The notes below the pieces were generated by a model. It did no database searches. It saw only the letters and a list, made by a program, of their open reading frames with translations, and had not been told where the DNA came from. Positions 27,867-36,793 of a stretch of DNA of 64,000 nt are shown piece by piece (within the stretch, counting starts at the first letter, position 1; each line of letters opens with the position of its first letter). The position numbers were made by a program, and so were the translations under genes. The stretch lies in assembly GCA_965262235.1 (NCBI GenBank), contig OZ253504.1, forward strand, positions 3,361,684 to 3,425,683, read 5' to 3'. The DNA comes from Dehalococcoidia bacterium. Lineage in GTDB: Bacteria > Chloroflexota > Dehalococcoidia > Bin125.

Positions 27867-28310
27867 TCAGCGCTCCACCGTGACCTTCACATCGTTGACC
27901 TTGCGGGAGTTGACGATCAGGGCGATGTTCCAGTCGCCGGGCTGGGAAATGCTGAGCGGGATCGCGGCGACATCCCAGGGCGGGATGAGATCCTCGAAGC
28001 GGTAATCCTGGACCTCGAAGTAGGAGCGGCCGCCGACATCCAGCTCGAAGCGCACGAGCACGTGGTCGGCCTCGGTCGGGCTGGCGAGGTCGAGGCGCAC
28101 CCAGAACGGTTCGTCGACGCCGAGCTTGCGTTCGAGCGGGACGAGCACGCCTTTGTCGGGGTCCTGCAGGTCGAGCTCCAACGCCGCCTCCGCGCTGTGA
28201 CCGGCGCCCCAGGTTGAACAGCCCGTCAGTGCGAGTGCGGCGAGACATAGAATCAGCAGAACGCCCGGGGGCGAGTAGGTTGCGCGACACGCGGCGAGGA
28301 TTCGGTAGAT
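27867..28310 (-). CDS. Hypothetical lipoprotein.
   Basis: Signal plus lipobox LAALALTGCS. The start is uncertain. Confidence 0.4.
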   Translation of the reverse strand: MYRILAACRATYSPPGVLLILCLAALALTGCSTWGAGHSAEAALELDLQDPDKGVLVPLERKLGVDEPFWVRLDLASPTEADHVLVRFELDVGGRSYFEVQDYRFEDLIPPWDVAAIPLSISQPGDWNIALIVNSRKVNDVKVTVER

Positions 28311-28312
28311 CG

Positions 28313-29569
28313 ATGACACAATTCGACGATACCCGCAGGGCGCCGGACGATGAGGTCGTTGTCTCGATCCGCGGCCTCTACAAGATCTTCGGCGATGCTG
28401 CCGATGAGGCCATGGCGATGGCGCGCAATGGTGGCTCAAAGGAGCAGATTCAGGAGACGACGGGCGCTGTGGTTGCGCTGTCCGACGTGAGCTTCGATAT
28501 CCGGCGCGGCGAGATCTTCGTCGTCATGGGCCTCTCGGGCTGCGGCAAATCGACGTTGGTGCGCTGCATCAACCGATTGATCGACGCGACCGCGGGCGAG
28601 GTTTGGATCGGCGGTCGCGAAGTCACCGCGATGGATGACGCCGCGCTGCGCGAGCTGCGCCGTCGCGAAGTCGCGATGGTCTTCCAGCACTTCGGGCTGC
28701 TGCCGCACCGCAACGTGATCGAGAACGTCGCCTGGCCGCTCGAAGTGGCCGATGTCGACCGCCGCGAACGGCTGCGCCGCGCCGCCGAGTCGCTCGAGCT
28801 GGTTGGCCTCGGCGACTGGCACACATCGATGCCGCAGCAGCTCTCCGGCGGCATGAAGCAGCGCGTCGGCCTCGCCCGCGGGCTCGCGCTCAATACTCCG
28901 GTGCTGCTGATGGACGAGCCGTTCTCTGCGCTCGACCCGGTGATCCGCCGCGATCTGCAGGACGAGCTGTTGCAGCTACAGGAGTCGGTCCACAAGACGA
29001 TCGTGTTCATCACCCACGATCTCAACGAAGCCGTTCGCGTGGGCGACCGGATCGCGATCATGCGCGACGGGCTCGTGGTCCAGGAAGGCACGCCGAACGA
29101 GGTCGTGCTCTCGCCGGCGAATGCCTTCGTGCGCGAATTCACCCGGGATGTGCGCCTGCACGCGATGGTCAACGCCGGCTCGATCATGGACGAGCCCGCG
29201 CTGGCGCTGCCGGACTCGATGATGGCCTCGATCGCGGCCGCCGCGATGGAGTCGCAGCAGCAGACGCATTGCTGCGTCGTCGATGATCAGCGCCGTTACG
29301 TCGGCACGGCTTATCTCGCCAACGTGCTGACCAGAATCCGCACGGGCGACTGCGCGCTCGCTGCGGCGCCGCTGATCACCGACGGGCGAGTCCTGCAAGA
29401 CACCGTGCTCGATGATCTGGTCCCGGCCGGCCTCCGATCGCAGCACCCGTTGGTCGTGCTCGATGCAAACGGCGTGCTGGTCGGCGAAATCCCACTGGAC
29501 CGCCTGGCGGCCGCGATGGTCTCCGACGAGGCTGCGGTCGCGGCGGCCGGCGAAGGCGCGGAAGGGTAG
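28313..29569 (+). CDS. proV: Glycine betaine/proline ABC transporter ATP-binding protein with tandem C-terminal CBS domains.
   Basis: Walker A GLSGCGKST, signature LSGGMKQRVGLARGL, Walker B LLMDEPFSALD, then a CBS pair. This is the OpuAA/ProV architecture. Confidence 0.85.
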   Translation: MTQFDDTRRAPDDEVVVSIRGLYKIFGDAADEAMAMARNGGSKEQIQETTGAVVALSDVSFDIRRGEIFVVMGLSGCGKSTLVRCINRLIDATAGEVWIGGREVTAMDDAALRELRRREVAMVFQHFGLLPHRNVIENVAWPLEVADVDRRERLRRAAESLELVGLGDWHTSMPQQLSGGMKQRVGLARGLALNTPVLLMDEPFSALDPVIRRDLQDELLQLQESVHKTIVFITHDLNEAVRVGDRIAIMRDGLVVQEGTPNEVVLSPANAFVREFTRDVRLHAMVNAGSIMDEPALALPDSMMASIAAAAMESQQQTHCCVVDDQRRYVGTAYLANVLTRIRTGDCALAAAPLITDGRVLQDTVLDDLVPAGLRSQHPLVVLDANGVLVGEIPLDRLAAAMVSDEAAVAAAGEGAEG

Positions 29570-29575
29570 TCGCGA

Positions 29576-30583
29576 GTGCCGCCGACACCGCTGGCGCTGC
29601 TGCGCGCGACCGTGCGCCTCTTCGTCGGTTCCGAAGGCTCGCAGCCGCTGCCGGCCAGATGGTGGATCGCGCCGTTCATCGTCGTGCTGATGGCGGTCGC
29701 GTTCGTCCTGTCCAGCCTCGCCGCGGGCGAGGAATTTCCCCTCGACATCGGACGCGCCGTGGGCCTCTTCATCGATGAGATCGTGGACTGGCTGACGGAG
29801 AACGTCTCCTGGTTCTTCCAGGCGATCAAGGATGTGCTGACCTGGTTCCTGGTCGCGCTGGAAGACGCGCTGTTCTGGATGCCCTGGCCCGCGTTCATCG
29901 TCACCGTCACGCTGACCGCATGGTTGTTGGTCAGCTTTCGGATGGCGATCTTTTCGGTCGCCGCGCTCCTCCTGGTGGGCGCGTTCGGACTCTGGGAGAG
30001 CACGATGGAGACGGTCGCGCTGATCGTCGTCACTGTGGCGCTGTCGATCCTGGTCGCCGTGCCGATGGGCGTCTGGGCGTCGCAGAACGACCGGCTCGAC
30101 ACCCTGGTACGCCCGATCCTCGACGCGATGCAGACGATGCCGAGCTTCGTCTACCTCGTGCCCGCGATCGCGTTCTTCAGCCTCGGCAACGTCCCGGCGG
30201 TCATCGCCACCCTGATCTACGCCGTGCCGCCCGGCGTGCGCCTGACCAACCTGGGCATCCGCCAGCTGCCGGCGGAGACGGTGGAGGCGGCCGAATCGTT
30301 CGGGACCACCCCCATGCAGCTGCTGCTGAAGGTCAAGATTCCGCTGGCGATCCCGACGATCATGGCGGGCGTCAACCAGACCACGTTGATGGCGCTCTCG
30401 ATGGTCGTGATCGCCTCGCTGGTCGGGGCCGGCGGGCTCGGCCAGGACGTCAATCGTGCGCTGGGTCGGATCGAACCGGGCAACGCCTTCCTGGCCGGGC
30501 TCGGGATCGTGTTCCTGGCGATCATCATCGACCGCATCACCCAGGCGCTGGCGCGCCGCCAGCAGGACGCGGTCGGCGGCTGA
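29576..30583 (+). CDS. proW: Glycine betaine/proline ABC transporter permease.
   Basis: ProW/OpuAB family; EAA-like region ...ESFGTTPMQLLLKVKIPLAIPTIMAGVNQT.... Confidence 0.85.
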   Translation: MPPTPLALLRATVRLFVGSEGSQPLPARWWIAPFIVVLMAVAFVLSSLAAGEEFPLDIGRAVGLFIDEIVDWLTENVSWFFQAIKDVLTWFLVALEDALFWMPWPAFIVTVTLTAWLLVSFRMAIFSVAALLLVGAFGLWESTMETVALIVVTVALSILVAVPMGVWASQNDRLDTLVRPILDAMQTMPSFVYLVPAIAFFSLGNVPAVIATLIYAVPPGVRLTNLGIRQLPAETVEAAESFGTTPMQLLLKVKIPLAIPTIMAGVNQTTLMALSMVVIASLVGAGGLGQDVNRALGRIEPGNAFLAGLGIVFLAIIIDRITQALARRQQDAVGG

Positions 30584-30819
30584 TGCAGCGACGACCCAAC
30601 CCACTGCAGCTCGGGACCGAGCGGCTGGCGCGCCTCCGCGGCCTCGCCGCGATCAGCGTGGCCGTGCTGTGCTGGGTCGTGACCGCGTTCGCGCTGATGG
30701 ACAGCGAACTCTCGCCGGGCGCGTTCCTCGGCGGCGCGAAGGCGCTGTTCGTTGTGCTGGCGGTGCTGATGACGCTCGTTGCGGGCTTCAGAGCGCGCGT
30801 ATTCCGGCGGCGCGGATAG
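30584..30819 (+). CDS. Small two-TM membrane protein (hypothetical).
   Basis: Overlaps the proW stop (ATGA). Two hydrophobic helices. Confidence 0.3.
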
Positions 30820-30964
30820 CTCGCGCGACAGTTCACTTGTGGCGCGCCGAATCGGGTCTCAGCGTGGCGCGGGTGTGGCGCGGGTTCGGTCTTGGACACA
30901 CGCTCCGCAGCGGTTATGGTGGCGCGGTCAGTCCGAACGGGCTGCGCGGGGATTAGGGGCGAGT

Positions 30965-32215
30965 ATGCGATTCGGATCAGGACAAGGGAAACGGCTGGGC
31001 CTGCGGATCACGGCGCTGCTCGCGCTGTGCGCCGTGGTTTGGGTTGCGTTGGCGGCCTGTTCGTCGGACGACGACCAGCCGCAGCAACAGGCGGCGCCGG
31101 TCGCCGCCGCGGAACAGCAGCAGCAGCAAGAGCAACCGGCCCCGGCCGTGCAGCAGCAAGAGCAGCAGCAAGATCAGCAGCAAGCGGTCGCGCAGCAGCA
31201 GGAGCAACAGGAGCAGCAGGCGCCGCCGCCGGCCGCGCAGCAGCAGCAGCAGCAAGAGCAACAGCAGGCGGTCGCGCAGCAGCAGCAACAGGCTGAACCG
31301 CAGGCTGAGGTCGAGGCGGCCGTCAAAGAGGTCATCGTCTTCTCCAACCTCAACTGGCTCTCGGCCGAAGTCCAGACTCGGATCGTCTCCTTCATCGTCG
31401 AGCACGGCTACGGCTACCCGACCGACCTGATCGACGGCGACACGGTCTCGCTCTGGCAGGGCCTGATCAACGACGACACGCAGGTGACGCTGGAGATCTG
31501 GCCGTCGCAGCAGAAGTGGATCGATGACCTCGAACCGGGCGTGATTGAACTGCTCGGCGACAGCCTGGACGAGAACTGGGAGGGCTGGGTCATCCCGCAG
31601 TACATCAAGGATGAGAATCCCGGGCTCGTCTCGGTCACCGACCTGCCTGACTACCAGGATCTGTTCGTGACGGCCGACTCGCGCGGCAAGGCGCGCTTGG
31701 TGGGCTGTATCGCCGGCTGGATGTGCGAGGAGACCAACGCCAACAAGATCGTCGCCTACGGGCTGGAAGACGTCATTGACCTGATCGACCCGGGCAGCGG
31801 CGCGGCGCTGTTCGCCGACCTCGAAGCCGCCTACGCACGCGGCGACGCGTGGCTGGGCTACATATGGGGTCCGACACAGCCAACCGCGACACTCGACCTC
31901 TACCGGCTGGAGGAGCCCGAGTGGACCCAGGACTGCTGGGACGGCGATCAGGGCTGCGCGTATCCGAGCTCCGAAGTGCGGATCGCGGTCAATACGAGCC
32001 TGGTCGATCGCGCGCCCGAGGTGATCACGTTCCTACGCGCCTGGGACTACTCAGCCGCGCAACAGGTCGCCACCGAGATTTGGATGGGCGAGAACAACGA
32101 GACACCCGACGCGGGCGGGATCTGGTACCTACGCAACAATCGCGATGTCTGGAGCCAGTTCATCCCCGCCGATGTCGCCGAGCGCGTCGACGCGGCCCTG
32201 GCCGAGGAGAGCTAG
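30965..32215 (+). CDS. proX: Glycine betaine ABC transporter substrate-binding lipoprotein.
   Basis: Lipobox LAACSS, a long Gln-rich linker, then an OpuAC/ProX-type binding domain (...FSNLNWLSAEVQ...GWVIPQY...WLGYIWGP...). Confidence 0.8.
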   Translation: MRFGSGQGKRLGLRITALLALCAVVWVALAACSSDDDQPQQQAAPVAAAEQQQQQEQPAPAVQQQEQQQDQQQAVAQQQEQQEQQAPPPAAQQQQQQEQQQAVAQQQQQAEPQAEVEAAVKEVIVFSNLNWLSAEVQTRIVSFIVEHGYGYPTDLIDGDTVSLWQGLINDDTQVTLEIWPSQQKWIDDLEPGVIELLGDSLDENWEGWVIPQYIKDENPGLVSVTDLPDYQDLFVTADSRGKARLVGCIAGWMCEETNANKIVAYGLEDVIDLIDPGSGAALFADLEAAYARGDAWLGYIWGPTQPTATLDLYRLEEPEWTQDCWDGDQGCAYPSSEVRIAVNTSLVDRAPEVITFLRAWDYSAAQQVATEIWMGENNETPDAGGIWYLRNNRDVWSQFIPADVAERVDAALAEES

Positions 32216-32311
32216 CTCGGGGCTAGCTCTGGACGCCACAGCGGCGTCAGACGTTCGTTGGCGGTGGCGCCAATCGAGCGTGCTGGCGCCGCGCTGACGC
32301 CGGGGCGCGGA

Positions 32312-32941
32312 TCACGCATCGCCGACGGCGTCGAGCACTCCGGTGGCCGCTCGTCGGCGCTGGGCCCGCGCCACCTCATGGCTGAGGATGACCAGGTCGT
32401 GCTTGCGGCCATCGCGGTCCTTGACGTGTTGTTTGAGGACCGCCTCCGGCTCGAAGCCGAGCGAGCGGAAGACAGTGATCGCCTGCTGCTGGTCGATGGT
32501 CATCTGGGCGATGACCTTTTCCACGTTCATCTCCAGCGCGATCCGAAACGCTTCTTCGGTCAGCAGTCGACCCGCGCCCCGTCCGCGCAGCTCGGGCGCG
32601 ACCAGCGCGCGGAGTTCGGCGACATGCGGCGACCAGGGCAGATCGTTTCGGTCGACCGTCGCATAGCCCCGGATCTCGCCGCCCTCGTCGATCAGCAGGA
32701 GCGACGTCGCGAGGCCGGCCTCAATTCGCTGTAGCCAGATTTCGACCTGTGCCGGGTCGGTGATGTCGCGGCGCAGGAAGAGCAGATCGTGGGGCGGCAG
32801 CTGGCGCGCGAAGGCGACCATCGCCGCGGCGTCGTCGCGGTCCATGAGACGCAGCGTGACGCGGGCGTTGGCGATGGTGGCGGCGGCGGGATAGCGGGTG
32901 TCGTGATTCATTGCAGTTAGACCGAACGCGCTGAGAGCCAT
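32312..32941 (-). CDS. GNAT-family N-acetyltransferase.
   Basis: Acetyl-CoA binding motif RGRGAGRLL in a GNAT fold. Confidence 0.75.
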   Translation of the reverse strand: MALSAFGLTAMNHDTRYPAAATIANARVTLRLMDRDDAAAMVAFARQLPPHDLLFLRRDITDPAQVEIWLQRIEAGLATSLLLIDEGGEIRGYATVDRNDLPWSPHVAELRALVAPELRGRGAGRLLTEEAFRIALEMNVEKVIAQMTIDQQQAITVFRSLGFEPEAVLKQHVKDRDGRKHDLVILSHEVARAQRRRAATGVLDAVGDA

Positions 32942-34089
32942 TGGTCGAGCTTGGGCCAGAGCCGGTATTTGGCGTTGCCTCCGGCGACCAGGCTGGCGTG
33001 GCCGCCGCGCATCACGATCGCCTCGGTGTCCTCCGACTGCACCGCGTCGAGCAACGGCTTGGCTGCTTCGTAGGGCACGACATGGTCATGTTCGGCCATG
33101 GCGTGGATGATCGGGAGCTTGATCGATCCGAGGTCAACGCGCTTGCCGCCCAGCTCCAGCGTGCCTTCGAGCATCGCGTTCTTCCAGTAGAGCTCTTTGA
33201 TCATCTGCCGGAAGGCCTCTCCGGCGAACGGAATCTGATCCGCAGCCCAGCGGTCGACCATCATGAATGACTGGACATACTTGTCGTCGCGGATGCGATC
33301 GAGCACCTGGATCGGGCTCGTGAGGCGGCCGGTGGGCCGCAGCATGTCGAACGCGGAAAGCAGCATCTCGCCGGGCACGTTGCCCAGCGAGTCGACGATG
33401 CGGTCGACATCGAAGTAGCGCTGATCGGTCCACTGCGTGAACAGGCCCATGCCTTTGAAGTTCACGGGGGTCGTGAGGCAGGCAGCGTGGCGGACCGGAG
33501 CATCGGGGTGGGTGGCCAGGTAGAGCATGCCCAGGGTGCCGCCCAGGCAGTAGCCAAGTATGTTCAGTTCGGACTCGCCGGAGTCCTGCTTGATCCGTTC
33601 GATGCAGGCCGGGATGCGCGACAGCGCGTAGTCGTCGAGGGTGAGCGAACTCTCCTCGGGAAGTGGCGCGCCCCAGTCGATCAGGTAGACGTCGTAGCCC
33701 TGCTCGACGAGGAACTCCACCATGCTCTGACCCGGTGTGAGGTCGAGGATGTAGGGCTTACTGACGAGCGAGGTGATCACCAGCAGCGGGAGGCGGTAGA
33801 CCTCTGCCGTCTTGGGACGGTAGTGATACAGCTTCATCGAGCCCTCGCTCAGGATCGTGTCCTTGGGCGTCGAGCCGGGCTGTGGGTCGTCGAGCGAGAT
33901 GTACTCAAGGCCGACGAGTCCGCGACGCAGCACGGTCTCGACGGTCGAGCGGACCTGACTGGCGACGTCATCAGCCACGTCGCCAGGGAAGTCCGCGGGT
34001 GCAATTTCGGGGGTTGAATCATCGGACGCGACGGAAGCGAGCGAATCGGATTGGGGCTCAGCTACGACTGTCGTCAATGTGGACTCCAC
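32917..34089 (-). CDS. phaC: Poly(3-hydroxyalkanoate) synthase, class III/IV PhaC.
   Basis: Lipase box ILGYCLGG (G-x-C-x-G), alpha/beta-hydrolase core, about 390 aa as in class III/IV PhaC. Confidence 0.8.
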   Translation of the reverse strand: MESTLTTVVAEPQSDSLASVASDDSTPEIAPADFPGDVADDVASQVRSTVETVLRRGLVGLEYISLDDPQPGSTPKDTILSEGSMKLYHYRPKTAEVYRLPLLVITSLVSKPYILDLTPGQSMVEFLVEQGYDVYLIDWGAPLPEESSLTLDDYALSRIPACIERIKQDSGESELNILGYCLGGTLGMLYLATHPDAPVRHAACLTTPVNFKGMGLFTQWTDQRYFDVDRIVDSLGNVPGEMLLSAFDMLRPTGRLTSPIQVLDRIRDDKYVQSFMMVDRWAADQIPFAGEAFRQMIKELYWKNAMLEGTLELGGKRVDLGSIKLPIIHAMAEHDHVVPYEAAKPLLDAVQSEDTEAIVMRGGHASLVAGGNAKYRLWPKLDQWLSARSV

Positions 34090-34193
34090 TGTTCGCAGGA
34101 CGCACGCGTGAAGGCAGTGCTGGTCAGTTCCATCGTGACGCGCGTGGGCACGGACGGGTTACGCGCGAGTTAAGGGCGCGCGAGGCTGAACAC

Positions 34194-34604
34194 TCAGTCT
34201 GTATCCGGCGTTGCAGGCCGTACTGCGGGCCGTGTTGCGGCCCGTTTGGTGCGCGCCGGCTTGGGGCTGGGCTGATCGCTTGCGCCCTTCGCCAGGTCGG
34301 CCTGCAGCACAGAGAGGTTCGCCTCGATCGCGGCCAGCCGATTCTCGATGGCCTGCAGGCGGTCGCCGAGGGTCAGCACGTCGGTGCGGGTGGGCACGTT
34401 CAGCGCCGTGAGATACGGGCCCATCGCCTCGCTCATCGTCTTCTGGAAGTGCAGGAAGACATCCAGGTTGCGGCCCAGAGACTGGCTGAATTCGTCGGTG
34501 CCCATCATCTCGTTGAAGAATTCGTTCCACTGGCGCTCGGACTGGGTGGCCCAGTCACGCCAAACGGCTGAGATGTCCGGGGGTGTGGTCTCGGTCTTGC
34601 TCAT
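34194..34604 (-). CDS. Putative PHA synthase partner subunit (PhaE/PhaR-like) with a coiled coil.
   Basis: 136-aa protein immediately upstream of phaC with a C-terminal heptad region (LGDRLQAIENRLAAIEANLSVLQADL). The role is inferred from position. Confidence 0.4.
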   Translation of the reverse strand: MSKTETTPPDISAVWRDWATQSERQWNEFFNEMMGTDEFSQSLGRNLDVFLHFQKTMSEAMGPYLTALNVPTRTDVLTLGDRLQAIENRLAAIEANLSVLQADLAKGASDQPSPKPARTKRAATRPAVRPATPDTD

Positions 34605-35026
34605 CAGGCTTGTTCTCCGGTGCTCGTGTCATCGGTGGCCGCCGCCGCTTCTTCGAAGCGGTCGATGGCGCCCGTGAGCACGGCGTGATAGTGATCCAGC
34701 GTGTCGATCCAGGTGCGGAGGAAGATCTCCCCGGCGGCGGTCAACGAATACATGCGCCGCGCGGGGCCCTGGTCGGACGTGTCCCAGAACGAAGAGACGA
34801 ACCCGCTGCTCTCCATCTGGCGCAAGGCGCGATAGACGGTGCCGCTGTCGGAGCGGGGCAGGCCGGCCTCGCTCAGTTGTTGACTGAGCTGGTAGCCGTA
34901 GGCATCGCAGCCCTTCAGAAAGGCGAGCAGTCCCGTGGCCAGCATCTCGCCGTGCAGGCGGGGCTGGGCGGTCGTGCGCTTGCGCCCGCGGCCCGCTGGC
35001 ATGTCTTCTGGCGCGTCATTTGGCAT
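34604..35026 (-). CDS. PadR-family transcriptional regulator.
   Basis: Winged HTH ...LAFLKGCDAYGYQLSQQLSEAGLPRSDSGTVYRALRQMESSGFVSS.... Confidence 0.75.
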   Translation of the reverse strand: MPNDAPEDMPAGRGRKRTTAQPRLHGEMLATGLLAFLKGCDAYGYQLSQQLSEAGLPRSDSGTVYRALRQMESSGFVSSFWDTSDQGPARRMYSLTAAGEIFLRTWIDTLDHYHAVLTGAIDRFEEAAAATDDTSTGEQA

Positions 35027-35139
35027 GACTGCATTCTGCCGCTATGTGTGAACCGATGCAAGATGCGTATTGCACATAGCTGCATCCCTCCCTACATTCG
35101 TCCCATCAGACCACCAGCGACGCACACGGAGCGAACACC

Positions 35140-35658
35140 ATGACCGAGCAGACCGCGACCGAGCAGGACGCCGCCGAGCAGGCTCCGACCGACGAGTATT
35201 TCGACGCCCTGCTGGCCAGCTACGACGCGCTGGCCCAAGCGATCGAGCAGGCCAGCGAGCGCGGCGTCCGGTTGTCCCGCCAACTGCTCACCGATGTGTC
35301 CGCAGCGCAGCGCAAGGCGCTCGAGCTGGCGCGGCAGGTTGCGGCCGACCCGAGCGACACGGCCGACGCGTACTCGGCGATCATGGAATCCGCCGTGGCC
35401 GCTCAGAGCCAGGCGCTCGACTTCACCCAGATGGCCTACAAAGAGGCCATGGCTGCGGGAACCGAGGGTCGCGAGGCGCTCGATGCCGTGCTCAGCGCCA
35501 GCCGCACCGCCGCCGAGGCGGCGCTCGCGATCTCGCGTGACTGGCAGAGCACGAATCCCTGGGCGGCATTCGTGCAGAGCAGCCTGCGCAAGGGCATGGA
35601 GACCTTCACGACGGCCGCCAACGGCGCGACCAAGGAACCCGCCGACACCAAGGCCTAA
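35140..35658 (+). CDS. Phasin-family PHA-granule-associated protein.
   Basis: Ala/Glu-rich, fully helical 172-aa protein divergent from PadR and beside phaC. The composition is typical of phasins. Confidence 0.55.
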   Translation: MTEQTATEQDAAEQAPTDEYFDALLASYDALAQAIEQASERGVRLSRQLLTDVSAAQRKALELARQVAADPSDTADAYSAIMESAVAAQSQALDFTQMAYKEAMAAGTEGREALDAVLSASRTAAEAALAISRDWQSTNPWAAFVQSSLRKGMETFTTAANGATKEPADTKA

Positions 35659-35659
35659 G

Positions 35660-35840
35660 AATCCTCTGAGCGAATCGGACCTCATCTCCCCTCGCTCCCC
35701 GGGCGGAGATGTCACGGCGTGACGGCGGGCCGCGCGCGCCCCGCTCGGGCAGATACCGCCACGCCGGTGAGTCGGGACCGCTGCCCCCCTCTGCCTTCGG
35801 CATCTCCCCCCGCTTTGCGGGGGGAGAGTTATTCCGAGCA
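35660..35840. repeat. Palindromic repeat elements.
   Basis: GAATCCTCTGAGCGAATCGGACC...GGAGATGTCACGGCGTGAC ... CATCTCCCCCCGCTTTGCGGGGGGAGAG. Confidence 0.7.
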
Positions 35841-35843
35841 CTC

Positions 35844-36656
35844 CTAGTTTCTGGCCTGGCCCTGCCGCTCGCGGGGCGTGTCGGCCAACAGTTCGGCGAC
35901 CGCCTGATACGCCGCGCTGCTGTAGATGATCCCGTAGTGGCTCGTGTCGATCGCCACGTTGTACTCGGGCTCGTTCTCCATGCAGCTCTCGGGCACCACC
36001 AGCCCGTCACGTTTGGCGTAGAGCGCATAGCGGCGAAACGTCGGTTGCTGCGGGCGCATGATGTTCTCGGTGAAGGGGCAGGTGCAGTGTCCGCTGTAGC
36101 AGGCCGGCGCGACGTCCCAGGTCAGATGCGAGCCGGCCTGCCGGCGCACGGCAGCCATCGCCTCGATCAGCGCCGGATGCACGTGGGCGATGTCGTTGAA
36201 CGGCGCCGCCAGCGAGATCAGCAGATCGACCAGCTCAGGATGCCGGAACGCCACACTTCGGGCGATCAGCGCGCCGAGGCTGTGACCGATCAGGTGGACG
36301 AGGGCGCCGGTCTCCTGCGCGGCCCGCTTGACGACGCTCAGAACCACGTCTGAGGCGACATCGGGGCAGTTCACGTTGAGGCCGAGGCCCGAGTAGTAGG
36401 GCTGGTAGCCGATCCGGGCGAGCCACCAGTAGAGCTCCATCATCGACAGGTCGGTGCCCATGAAACCCGGCACCACCACGACCGCTTCGCCGCGCCCGTG
36501 TGGCAGGCCCCAGCCGTAGTACGCGGGAGTGCTCCGCAGGTTCAGCCACTCGCAGAAGAAGCCGAGCTCGTTCTGGATCGGCGTCCGGGCCGGCTGAATG
36601 GAATGGTCGTCGAGATACAGGCCCGAAAACGGCGGCGGAGCGCCCGTGGACGGCAT
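35844..36656 (-). CDS. Alpha/beta hydrolase (lipase/esterase-like); possibly a PHA depolymerase, inferred only from context.
   Basis: GHSLG nucleophile elbow (LIGHSLGALIA). The start is at the ATG giving MPSTGAPP. Confidence 0.6.
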   Translation of the reverse strand: MPSTGAPPPFSGLYLDDHSIQPARTPIQNELGFFCEWLNLRSTPAYYGWGLPHGRGEAVVVVPGFMGTDLSMMELYWWLARIGYQPYYSGLGLNVNCPDVASDVVLSVVKRAAQETGALVHLIGHSLGALIARSVAFRHPELVDLLISLAAPFNDIAHVHPALIEAMAAVRRQAGSHLTWDVAPACYSGHCTCPFTENIMRPQQPTFRRYALYAKRDGLVVPESCMENEPEYNVAIDTSHYGIIYSSAAYQAVAELLADTPRERQGQARN

Positions 36657-36793
36657 CTGCGACACGTGCTCCAGATGTGCATGCGCGGATTGATTCAGCC
36701 TACAAGGGCGAGCTTCGCCGCCCCCGGGTGGTGGTACCTTCGCCCTGACTCGGCCCCGCCACCGACCTGCCACCGACCTGCTCAGGAGCCATC

